From positions 6,042 through 70,041 of the forward strand of contig CANBSH010000003.1 in the NCBI GenBank assembly GCA_947372105.1: a DNA stretch of 64,000 bases. The letters run 5' to 3'. The notes under the pieces are model-generated. The model worked only from the letters and a program-made list of their open reading frames with translations. It had not been told where the DNA came from and ran no database searches. The position numbers and the translations under genes are program-made. Source of the stretch: Chitinophagaceae bacterium (GTDB lineage Bacteria > Bacteroidota > Bacteroidia > Chitinophagales > Chitinophagaceae). Positions 38,705 to 46,627 of the stretch are shown piece after piece (the first letter of the stretch is position 1; every line of letters starts with the position of its first letter).

Positions 38705-39871
38705 ATGAACAGAAAATTACGCATGGGAATGGTGGGTGGAGGAAAGGATGCCTTTATAGGTGCCATCCATCGCATTGCCGCCAATATGGACGGATTAATT
38801 GAATTGAATTGTGGTGCTTTAAGTGCCCACCCCGATACTGCCATCGCTTCCGGCGAAGCGCTATTTTTATCCAAGGAAAAAAATTATAGGACTTACGAGG
38901 AAATGTTTAAAAAGGAAGCTAGCCTTCCTGCGGATCAACGCATGGATTTTGTAACCATCGTGACGCCCAACTTTGCGCATTTTGCTCCAGCCATGATGGC
39001 ATTAGAACATGGATTTCATGTGGTGATCGAAAAGCCTATTACATTTTCATTAGAGGAAGCCAAACAATTAAAACAAAAATTAGCCGAAACAGGATTGCTA
39101 CTTTGCTTAACACATACTTATGCTGGATACCCCATGGTAAAGCAAGCGAAGTCGATGGTGCAGGAAGGAAAATTAGGGAAGATCCGAAAAGTGTGGGTAG
39201 AATACCCGCAAGGATGGTTGAGCAGATTGTCCGAAAAAGATGGTAATGCACAAGCCGCATGGAGAACCGATCCTACAAAATCAGGAAAGAGTTCTGTAAT
39301 GGGAGATATAGGAACACATGCTGCACATTTAGCAGAATATATTACAGGAGGGAAAATCACGGAAGTATGTGCCGACTTAAACACCATGGTAGAAGGACGT
39401 TTGCTAGATGATGATGGTGCGGTGATGTTGAAATTTGATAATGGATCCAAGGGCGTTTTAATGGCATCGCAAGTGGCGGCTGGCGAAGAGAACGCATTAA
39501 AAATAAGAGTCTACGGAGAATTAGGGGGAATAGAATGGGCACAACACGAACCCAATACTTTACTTGTAAAATGGTTGGATCAACCTACTCAAATATTAAG
39601 AGCGGGTGGAAATTATGGGGCGCATTTATCTCCTATTGCTATTCATAATACACGTACACCAGGAGGACACCCAGAAGGATATTTAGAAGCATTTGGAAAT
39701 ATCTATCGCAATTTTGCACTCACACTGAGTTGTAAAATAGAGGGCACTACTCCCACCGAAGCGATGTTAGATTTTCCAAATGTAGAAGATGGAATTAGAG
39801 GAATGGCATTTATTGATAATGTGGTAGCTTCTTCTCAATCTGATAAAAAATGGACTCCTTACGTAATTTAA
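38705..39871 (+). CDS. Cytoplasmic Gfo/Idh/MocA family oxidoreductase
   Basis: LRMGMVGGGKDAFIGAIH Rossmann start, IVTPNFAHF, and VVIEKP. No leader peptide. Confidence 0.85.
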   Translation: MNRKLRMGMVGGGKDAFIGAIHRIAANMDGLIELNCGALSAHPDTAIASGEALFLSKEKNYRTYEEMFKKEASLPADQRMDFVTIVTPNFAHFAPAMMALEHGFHVVIEKPITFSLEEAKQLKQKLAETGLLLCLTHTYAGYPMVKQAKSMVQEGKLGKIRKVWVEYPQGWLSRLSEKDGNAQAAWRTDPTKSGKSSVMGDIGTHAAHLAEYITGGKITEVCADLNTMVEGRLLDDDGAVMLKFDNGSKGVLMASQVAAGEENALKIRVYGELGGIEWAQHEPNTLLVKWLDQPTQILRAGGNYGAHLSPIAIHNTRTPGGHPEGYLEAFGNIYRNFALTLSCKIEGTTPTEAMLDFPNVEDGIRGMAFIDNVVASSQSDKKWTPYVI

Positions 39872-39901
39872 AATAATCGCTTCGATTTAAAATTAAAAAA
39901 G

Positions 39902-40954
39902 ATGACAACAGTAAAAGGACCCGGTATATTTTTAGCACAATTTATGGGCGATGTGGCGCCCTTTAATAATTTAGAAAACATTTGCAAATGGGCAGCAGGA
40001 TTGGGTTTTAAAGGAGTGCAAATACCTAGTTGGGATGCACGATGTATCGATTTACAAAAAGCGGCAGAAAGTAAAACTTATGCAGATGAAATAAAAGGGA
40101 TCGTTGAAAGTGCAGGATTACAAATTACAGAATTGTCAACTCACTTACAAGGACAGTTAGTAGCTGTCCATCCTGCGTATGATGCACAATTTGATGGCTT
40201 TGCACCGACAGCTGTTCATGGTAATGCAAAAGCTAGAACCGAATGGGCGGTACAACAATTAATGTATGCCGCAAAAGCTTCACAAAATTTAGGATTGAAT
40301 GCACACGCTACATTTAGTGGTGCCTTATTATGGCATACAGTATATCCTTGGCCACAACGTCCTGCAGGATTAGTAGAAACAGGATTTACAGAACTTGCTA
40401 AAAGATGGATGCCCATATTAAATGCATTTGACCAAGTAGGTGTTGATGTATGTTATGAAATTCATCCAGGCGAAGATTTACATGATGGCGTGACTTATGA
40501 AATGTTTTTAGATAAAGTGAATCAACATCCTCGCGCTTGTTTATTATACGATCCTTCTCATTTTGTTTTACAGTGCATGGATTACTTAGGATACATTGAT
40601 GCTTTTCATGAGCGAATCAAAATGTTTCATGTGAAAGATGCCGAATTTAATCCTACTGCAAAGCAAGGAGTGTATGGCGGTTATCAAAATTGGGTAGATC
40701 GTGCAGGGCGTTTTAGATCCTTAGGGGATGGTCAAGTAGATTTTAAAAGTATCTTTAGCAAACTAGCTGCTTATGACTTTAAAGGTTGGGCCGTGTTGGA
40801 ATGGGAATGTGCTATCAAACATCCTGAAGTGGGTGCAGCAGAAGGCGCTGTATTTATTCAAAAAAACATTATTCAAGTGACCGAAAAAGCATTTGATGAT
40901 TTTGCCAATACAGGATCGAATGAAGCATTTAATAAAAAAATATTAGGGATTTAA
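39902..40954 (+). CDS. Cytoplasmic xylose-isomerase-like TIM-barrel protein
   Basis: 350 aa. YEIHPGED, DPSHF, FHVKD and VLEWE ligand-like motifs. 30 nt downstream of the dehydrogenase gene. Confidence 0.8.
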   Translation: MTTVKGPGIFLAQFMGDVAPFNNLENICKWAAGLGFKGVQIPSWDARCIDLQKAAESKTYADEIKGIVESAGLQITELSTHLQGQLVAVHPAYDAQFDGFAPTAVHGNAKARTEWAVQQLMYAAKASQNLGLNAHATFSGALLWHTVYPWPQRPAGLVETGFTELAKRWMPILNAFDQVGVDVCYEIHPGEDLHDGVTYEMFLDKVNQHPRACLLYDPSHFVLQCMDYLGYIDAFHERIKMFHVKDAEFNPTAKQGVYGGYQNWVDRAGRFRSLGDGQVDFKSIFSKLAAYDFKGWAVLEWECAIKHPEVGAAEGAVFIQKNIIQVTEKAFDDFANTGSNEAFNKKILGI

Positions 40955-40965
40955 ATAATTTTAAA

Positions 40966-41370
40966 ATGAATATAAAAATGACAGTAATGAAAAAGGTTTT
41001 AGGTACATTGTTTATGGTTAGCTTTTTAATCGCATGTGGTGGTGGAGCGTCAACCGAAAAAAAGACAGATACTGCAAGTGCACCGGCGAATGCATTATCA
41101 GCGAATCCTGATTATCAAAAAGGATTGACTTTAGTAGGCGGCAGTGATTGCTTAACTTGTCATAAAGTAAATGAAAAAAATATTGGGCCTGCGTATAAAG
41201 ATGTGGCAGCTAAATATGAAAATACCGAAGACAATGTAAAAATGTTAGCAGCAAAAATTATCAAAGGAGGCGCTGGCAATTGGGGTGCGATTCCAATGAC
41301 ACCGCATCCTCAAGTAAAAGAAGAAGATGCAGAAGCGATGGTAAGATATATATTACTTTTAAAAAAATAA
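40966..41370 (+). CDS. Monohaem class I c-type cytochrome, lipoprotein
   Basis: Lipobox FLIACGGG. Haem site CLTCH. Distal Met context GAIPMTPHP. Confidence 0.85.
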   Translation: MNIKMTVMKKVLGTLFMVSFLIACGGGASTEKKTDTASAPANALSANPDYQKGLTLVGGSDCLTCHKVNEKNIGPAYKDVAAKYENTEDNVKMLAAKIIKGGAGNWGAIPMTPHPQVKEEDAEAMVRYILLLKK

Positions 41371-41437
41371 GGAACAATTGTTTAAAATGAATCATACTTT
41401 ACACTTAACAAATACTTTAACGATTAAATATACTACT

Positions 41438-42142
41438 ATGAAAATAAAATTCATAACAATGGCCATTGTAACACTATTATGTGCTGGTCAATTGAATGCT
41501 CAAAAAGGAAAATGGATCAGCTTATTTGATGGCAAAACAACCAAGGGTTGGCATAGCTTTGGTAAAGAAGTAGCAGGTGCTGCTTGGAAAGTAGAGGACG
41601 GTGCTTTGACATTAGATCCTTCTCAAAAAAATGATTGGCAGGTAAGAGATGGCGGAGATATTGTTTCTGCTGATAGTTTTGATGATTTTCATTTACAACT
41701 TGAATGGAAAATTGCAAAAAACGGAAATAGTGGTATCATCTTTTTTGTACAAGATGATCCTATTAAATACAAAAACACTTGGCATACAGGACCCGAAATG
41801 CAAGTGCTAGATAATGATGGACATGGTGATGGAAAAATATTTAAACACAGAGCTGGAAATTTATACGATTTAGTAGCTGGTAAAGAAGGAGTAGTAAAAC
41901 CTGTAGGCGAATGGAATAAAGTGGACATTATTGCTCAAAAAGGGAAATTAATTTTCAAGTTGAATGATACTGAAGTAGTCTCTACTAACTACGGCGATGA
42001 CAACTGGAGAGAAATGATCAAAAACAGCAAGTTCTCTCAAGGAGAATCTCCTGACTTTGGAAAAATATTTTCGGGACATATCGCCTTACAAGATCATGGC
42101 GATCGCGTTTACTACAGAAACATTCGCATTCAAAGATTATAA
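41438..42142 (+). CDS. DUF1080 (PF06439, 3-keto-disaccharide hydrolase family) secreted protein
   Basis: Signal peptide MKIKFITMAIVTLLCAGQLNAQ. WISLFDGKTTKGWHSFG, NSGIIFF, PEMQVLDN and HIALQDHGDRVYYRNIRI. The ATG at 41438 is preferred. Confidence 0.85.
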   Translation: MKIKFITMAIVTLLCAGQLNAQKGKWISLFDGKTTKGWHSFGKEVAGAAWKVEDGALTLDPSQKNDWQVRDGGDIVSADSFDDFHLQLEWKIAKNGNSGIIFFVQDDPIKYKNTWHTGPEMQVLDNDGHGDGKIFKHRAGNLYDLVAGKEGVVKPVGEWNKVDIIAQKGKLIFKLNDTEVVSTNYGDDNWREMIKNSKFSQGESPDFGKIFSGHIALQDHGDRVYYRNIRIQRL

Positions 42143-42161
42143 AAAAATTATAATTTAATTA

Positions 42162-42602
42162 GTGCAAAATATTCATGAATCATTTATGCGTCAGGCCCTC
42201 GTGCAAGCACAGAGGGCCTTTGACGAAGATGAAGTCCCAGTGGGCGCCATCATTGTAATGAATAATCAAGTCATAGGCAAAGGATACAATCAAGTTCAAT
42301 TACTCAAAGATGTAACAGCACATGCCGAAATTTTAGCCATCAGTAGTGCTTGCGAAAATTTACAATCCAAATATTTACCAGAAGCCACTTTATATGTTAC
42401 CCTTGAACCATGTTTAATGTGTGCAGGGGCTTTATATTGGAATAAAATTGGGCATATTGTATTTGGAGCCCATGATACTAAAAACAGTTATCGAAGGGTG
42501 ACCGAAAAAAATCCCTTCCACCCCTCTACTACCCTGTTGGGTGGTATTTTGGAAGATGAATGCGCATCGCTGATGCAAGCTTTTTTTAAAGCAAAGCGAT
42601 AA
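42162..42602 (+). CDS. tadA: tRNA adenosine(34) deaminase
   Basis: HAEILAI and TLEPCLMCAGAL zinc-binding motifs. Confidence 0.9.
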   Translation: MQNIHESFMRQALVQAQRAFDEDEVPVGAIIVMNNQVIGKGYNQVQLLKDVTAHAEILAISSACENLQSKYLPEATLYVTLEPCLMCAGALYWNKIGHIVFGAHDTKNSYRRVTEKNPFHPSTTLLGGILEDECASLMQAFFKAKR

Positions 42603-42660
42603 TCTCTTTTCTATTTTGGAAAAAAATACATCAAGCTACTAATAGTAGACGAAAGCGGTG

Positions 42661-42668
42661 TAAATTTG
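42661..42668 (+). promoter_or_regulatory. Candidate -7 promoter box (TAAATTTG) for sod
   Basis: TAnnTTTG lies 33 nt upstream of the ATG at 42702. The inverted repeat CTACTAATAGTAG sits just upstream. Confidence 0.35.
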
Positions 42669-42701
42669 TCCTTCATTCTGAAATACAATAAATAAAAAAA
42701 T

Positions 42702-43307
42702 ATGTCATTTACATTACCAGCGTTACCCTACGCACACGAAGCATTAGAACCTCATTTTGATACTTTAACCATGCAAATTCATCATGGAAAACATCATCAA
42801 GCTTATGTTGATAATTTAAACAAAGCAGTAGCGGGCACTCCAAATGAAGGAAAGTCTTTAGAAGAATTAGTAGCTGTTGCAGGAAGCATTAGTCCTGCAG
42901 TTAGAAATAATGGCGGTGGACATTGGAACCACAGTTTCTTTTGGGCAAGTTTAGCACCGCAAGCTGGAGGTACTCCTTCTGGCGATTTAGCGGAAGCTAT
43001 CAACGCTGCTTTTGGAAGCTTTGATGCATTCAAAGAAAAATTTGCCGCTGCTGGTATGACTCGTTTTGGAAGTGGTTGGGCTTGGTTGATTATGAAAGAC
43101 GGAAAATTAGAAGTGAGTTCCACTCCTAATCAAGATAATCCTTTAATGGATGTTGCTGAAGTAAAAGGCACTCCATTATTAGGTGCTGATGTATGGGAAC
43201 ATGCTTACTATTTAAAATATCAAAACAGAAGAGCAGATTATTTAGCTGCTTTTTGGAGTGTCGTAAATTGGTCAGTAGTGGCCGATCGTTTTGCTGCTGC
43301 GAAATAA
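42702..43307 (+). CDS. Fe/Mn superoxide dismutase
   Basis: [25 protein letters not shown] and [15 protein letters not shown]. Confidence 0.95.
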   Translation: MSFTLPALPYAHEALEPHFDTLTMQIHHGKHHQAYVDNLNKAVAGTPNEGKSLEELVAVAGSISPAVRNNGGGHWNHSFFWASLAPQAGGTPSGDLAEAINAAFGSFDAFKEKFAAAGMTRFGSGWAWLIMKDGKLEVSSTPNQDNPLMDVAEVKGTPLLGADVWEHAYYLKYQNRRADYLAAFWSVVNWSVVADRFAAAK

Positions 43308-43323
43308 TTATGATACCTATTCA

Positions 43324-43356
43324 AAATCCGCTTCTACCAAGAGGCGGATTTTTTTA
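43324..43356. terminator. Intrinsic terminator at the convergent sod/yidD junction
   Basis: AAATCCGC (43324-43331) pairs with GCGGATTT (43344-43351), followed by a T-run. It abuts the yidD stop. Confidence 0.7.
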
Positions 43357-43608
43357 TGGTACTGGATCATACCCATGACCGCCACCTGGCCTGCATTGGC
43401 TCAATCTTTTAACACCTAAATAAATGCCTTTAATAGGCCCATATTTTTCAATGGCTTCGGCTGTGTATTGAGAACAAGTGGGCGTAAAACGACATTTGCT
43501 TCCTCCTAAATAAGGAGATAAAGCATATTGATAAAAGCGAATCAACATCACAAAGGGGAAGGCACTTATTTTTTTAAGTGTTTTTATATAATGTTGTTCA
43601 AAGGACAT
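43354..43608 (-). CDS. yidD: Membrane protein insertion efficiency factor YidD
   Basis: [32 protein letters not shown] is the canonical YidD signature. Confidence 0.9.
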   Translation of the reverse strand: MSFEQHYIKTLKKISAFPFVMLIRFYQYALSPYLGGSKCRFTPTCSQYTAEAIEKYGPIKGIYLGVKRLSQCRPGGGHGYDPVP

Positions 43609-43612
43609 TTTG

Positions 43613-44056
43613 TTATTTTAATTTATCTGCTAATTTTTGCAACACCGCTTTTATTTTTTCTTGAACCTCCTGTTGTGTGAGCACTTTTGTTTCGGTATAT
43701 AAAAAAAATAAATTCAGCCTTTTGTGTTCAATGTTAATCGCATTCATAAAAGCAGGACGTTCCATACGGTAGCCTTCACGCAATAATCTTTTTACTTTAT
43801 TACGCATCACTGCTTTTCTAAAATGTCTGCTGGGGGCTCCTACTCCAGCTTGCAGAACACCTTTTTGAAATTCCCCTTTTGGAAATTTCTCTTTGGAAGA
43901 TTTCTCTATGGAAAATTCTTCGGCATCTTCTGTTTCAAGTGTATACAATAATCGAATGGGACCTACCGAAATAGCGCTGCCTTTCGAAAACAAAAATTGA
44001 GTTTGTTTTCGGCTTTTGAGTTTATCCTTTTTTTGATATGTAAATGTCTTGTTCAA
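43613..44056 (-). CDS. rnpA: Ribonuclease P protein component, with pentapeptide-repeat insertion
   Basis: [15 protein letters not shown]-terminus and RNR motif [13 protein letters not shown]. The only available start is TTG at 44056, immediately preceded by an in-frame TAA. 147 aa. Confidence 0.85.
   Translation of the reverse strand: MNKTFTYQKKDKLKSRKQTQFLFSKGSAISVGPIRLLYTLETEDAEEFSIEKSSKEKFPKGEFQKGVLQAGVGAPSRHFRKAVMRNKVKRLLREGYRMERPAFMNAINIEHKRLNLFFLYTETKVLTQQEVQEKIKAVLQKLADKLK
43862..43921 (-). repeat. Four imperfect in-frame 15-nt tandem repeats inside rnpA
   Basis: Minus-strand units are GAAGAATTTTCCATA, GAGAAATCTTCCAAA, GAGAAATTTCCAAAA and GGGGAATTTCAAAAA. They encode [15 protein letters not shown] and GEFQK. 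Confidence 0.8.
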
Positions 44057-44067
44057 TTATGAGAATT

Positions 44068-44099
44068 AAAAAAGTCCCTCCCGAATAACGGGAAGGACT
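44068..44099 (-). terminator. Intrinsic terminator/attenuator hairpin between rpmH and rnpA
   Basis: On the minus strand AGTCCTTCCCG-TTATT-CGGGAGGGACT forms an 11-bp stem with one G-U pair. It is followed by TTTTTT (44068-44073), 12 nt before the rnpA TTG. Confidence 0.65.
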
Positions 44100-44157
44100 T
44101 TAAAATTATTGAATTTCGAGTGAAAGCGAGAAGCTTAATTTGAATTATTAATTCAAA

Positions 44158-44313
44158 TTACTTCAATCCTTTTTCACTTGATACTGTAAGTTTTTTACGT
44201 CCTTTCTTTCTACGGCTTGCTAAAACTTTACGGCCATTAGCAGTTTCCATACGTTTACGGAATCCGTGAACAGATTTACGACGACGTTTATGTGGTTGGA
44301 ATGTACGTTTCAT
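44158..44313 (-). CDS. rpmH: 50S ribosomal protein L34; absent from the ORF track
   Basis: Hand translation gives [51 protein letters not shown], a canonical L34 sequence. Confidence 0.95.
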   Translation of the reverse strand: MKRTFQPHKRRRKSVHGFRKRMETANGRKVLASRRKKGRKKLTVSSEKGLK

Positions 44314-44405
44314 AGTGTGTCTTAAATTTTTTCTTTCGGTACTTAAATTTCGTTTTCGTCCTGTTCCTAATAGCAGTCACCATACCACTACCTGTGAAAG
44401 GACGG

Positions 44406-44413
44406 CAAAAATA
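44406..44413 (-). promoter_or_regulatory. Candidate -7 promoter box (TATTTTTG on minus strand) for rpmH
   Basis: TAnnTTTG lies about 93 nt upstream of the rpmH ATG. Confidence 0.3.
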
Positions 44414-44430
44414 GGGTATTTTTTGATTTT

Positions 44431-45264
44431 TTAAGCTAAATCTGTATGTTTTGCCTCAACTTTTTGCCCAAAAAACAAACTGGCCTGTTTTTCAAAGGCT
44501 TCAGCGTTATCGGTGGTATAAAATTGAAGCTTCCCTTGTTGGCTACATTGTTGTGCCATAGCAGGGTGATTTTCAAGGTATTTTGCCAGGCTTTGAGCCA
44601 CTATAGCCCCTTGGGTCACTAAGTTTACCCCTTTAGGTAAATGCTGCTTAATTTTATCTGCTAAGAGCGGATAATGGGTACATGCAAGCAATAAAGTGTC
44701 AATATGGGAAGATTGGGCAAATAATTGATCTAAGTATAATTGAACAAAATAGTCCGCCCCCGGATGGGTATGTTCTCCATTTTCAATCAAGGGGACCCAT
44801 AAAGGGCATGCTTGTTGAAATACTTGTAATTCAGGGAAAAACTTTGCCAATTCTATAGGATAACTATCACTTTGTATAGTTCCTGTGGTGCCTAAAATAC
44901 CAACTTGATGTGTGGCAGATAAAGTTCCTAGGATTTCGGTTGTGGGACGAATCACACCTAATACTCTTTTGTCGGGAGCTATTTTAGGTAAGTCCTTTTG
45001 CTGAATCGTTCTCAATGCTTTTGCAGAGGCCGTATTACATGCTAAAATGACCAAGGAACAACCTTGCTTAAAAAACCAATTCACTGCTTCTAAAGTATAT
45101 TGATAGACTGTGTCGTAGGATCTAGGACCATAAGGAGCTCGTGCATTGTCCCCTAAATAGATATAATCATACTCAGGTAATTGCTGTTTCAATTCCTTTA
45201 AAATTGTCAACCCACCATAACCACTATCAAATACGCCAATAGGAGCAGAAGCCATAGTAATCAT
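44431..45264 (-). CDS. murI: Glutamate racemase
   Basis: IGVFDSGYGGLT, LACNTAS and LACTHYP catalytic Cys motifs. Confidence 0.92.
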   Translation of the reverse strand: MITMASAPIGVFDSGYGGLTILKELKQQLPEYDYIYLGDNARAPYGPRSYDTVYQYTLEAVNWFFKQGCSLVILACNTASAKALRTIQQKDLPKIAPDKRVLGVIRPTTEILGTLSATHQVGILGTTGTIQSDSYPIELAKFFPELQVFQQACPLWVPLIENGEHTHPGADYFVQLYLDQLFAQSSHIDTLLLACTHYPLLADKIKQHLPKGVNLVTQGAIVAQSLAKYLENHPAMAQQCSQQGKLQFYTTDNAEAFEKQASLFFGQKVEAKHTDLA

Positions 45265-45332
45265 TTATGCTGTAAAACTAAATAACCTCGTTGTAATCAA
45301 CGAGGTTATTTAGTAAAATATATTTTTAAATA

Positions 45333-45944
45333 TTATCCTTTTTTAGCTGGAGCTGCTGCTTTTGCAGGAGCTGCACCACCTGTAGCTGTTTTAAATGCAT
45401 CTTCAATTTCCTTAGGTAAAGGAAGCTTTAACTTCATAGCCACGCGAATGGTTAAGTTATCAGCAATTGAAGGTTGTGCGTAAGGTGACAACGCATCTGC
45501 CTTTAATACAAAATTGTATTTTTGTTCTGCTACTACTTCACTTAAAGCAGCTGCAATTTTTTGTCTGTAAGGCAATAATAAAGTTTCTTGCTTTTGTTGC
45601 ATTGACTCTTGTTGGTATTGTTGCCAGTTAATCAATTTGTATTTTAATTTATTTAATTCGTCAGTAGCTAATTGTAAAGCTTTAGGACGCTTAGATAAAT
45701 TAACAGAATCTTTTCTGTAGATACTGTCTTGATTTTGATACGTCTTTAAAGTATAGTTATACTCATCTTGTAATGAATCCTGAGCATATGATTTTAAAAC
45801 TGTATCCAATTTTTCTTGAATGCCTGGGAATAAAGCCAATACGCTTTGATCATCAAAATAACCAATTTTTACTTGCGCTGAAGCTGTATTGGTAAAAGAA
45901 GCTGCAACGAATAAAATGGCAGCAAATAGGAAACCTTTTTTCAT
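45333..45944 (-). CDS. OmpH/Skp family periplasmic chaperone
   Basis: Signal peptide, coiled-coil Gln/Lys-rich body, position downstream of bamA, Ala/Pro/Lys tail. Confidence 0.8.
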   Translation of the reverse strand: MKKGFLFAAILFVAASFTNTASAQVKIGYFDDQSVLALFPGIQEKLDTVLKSYAQDSLQDEYNYTLKTYQNQDSIYRKDSVNLSKRPKALQLATDELNKLKYKLINWQQYQQESMQQKQETLLLPYRQKIAAALSEVVAEQKYNFVLKADALSPYAQPSIADNLTIRVAMKLKLPLPKEIEDAFKTATGGAAPAKAAAPAKKG

Positions 45945-45984
45945 AAAGTTATAGTTTGAATGTTTGTTTGTCTTAATATTTATC

Positions 45985-46509
45985 TTAATTATTAATACCC
46001 AATTCCTTTAAAACGTCATCGCTTTTATCCAGTTTTGGGTCTGCAAATATAATGGTAATTCCTTCACTTTTGTCTAAAATGAAGTCATATGAGCGTGCTG
46101 CTGCCATTTTTTGGACCGCATTATACACTTTATCCTGAATGGGTTTAACTAGTTTCTGTCTCTCTTTAAACAAGTCCCCCTCGTATCCAAAGCGCTTTTT
46201 TTGCAAATCTCTCAACTCCTTTTCCTTTAAAAATAACTCGTCTTCTCTCTTCTTTTTAAGGTCCTCAGATAACATAAACTGCTCAGCCTCATAGTTTTTG
46301 TACATTTTATCCAAGTTCAATTGCTTTTGATCAATTTCTTGTTGCCATTGATCCCCTAAAGCTTTCAATTTTTTGTCTGCTTCTTTATATTCTGGTATTT
46401 TATCCAAAATATACTTGGTATTAATAATGGCGTATCGGCTTTGCGCTTCTACCGAAAAAAAGGATACTAAGCTAAGAGCTAGTATTAAAAATATTTTTTG
46501 AATTCGCAT
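45985..46509 (-). CDS. OmpH/Skp family periplasmic chaperone
   Basis: Signal peptide and the coiled-coil pattern YAIINTKYILDKIPEYKEADKKLKALGDQWQQE typical of Skp. Confidence 0.85.
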   Translation of the reverse strand: MRIQKIFLILALSLVSFFSVEAQSRYAIINTKYILDKIPEYKEADKKLKALGDQWQQEIDQKQLNLDKMYKNYEAEQFMLSEDLKKKREDELFLKEKELRDLQKKRFGYEGDLFKERQKLVKPIQDKVYNAVQKMAAARSYDFILDKSEGITIIFADPKLDKSDDVLKELGINN

Positions 46510-46627
46510 AGTAAATAAATTTAATTCTAAAATGGGGTGTTATCTATTAACTTTTTATAAAACTGAGTGATGCTATATTTTTTAGTCTGTCTTTTTTCTA
46601 TCTATTTATTTCGCCTATTTATTTGAC

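Noticed and set aside
39039-39542. Three overlapping minus-strand ORFs inside the cytoplasmic Gfo/Idh/MocA gene
   Set aside because: These are shadow ORFs. The plus-strand frame carries the Rossmann and family motifs.
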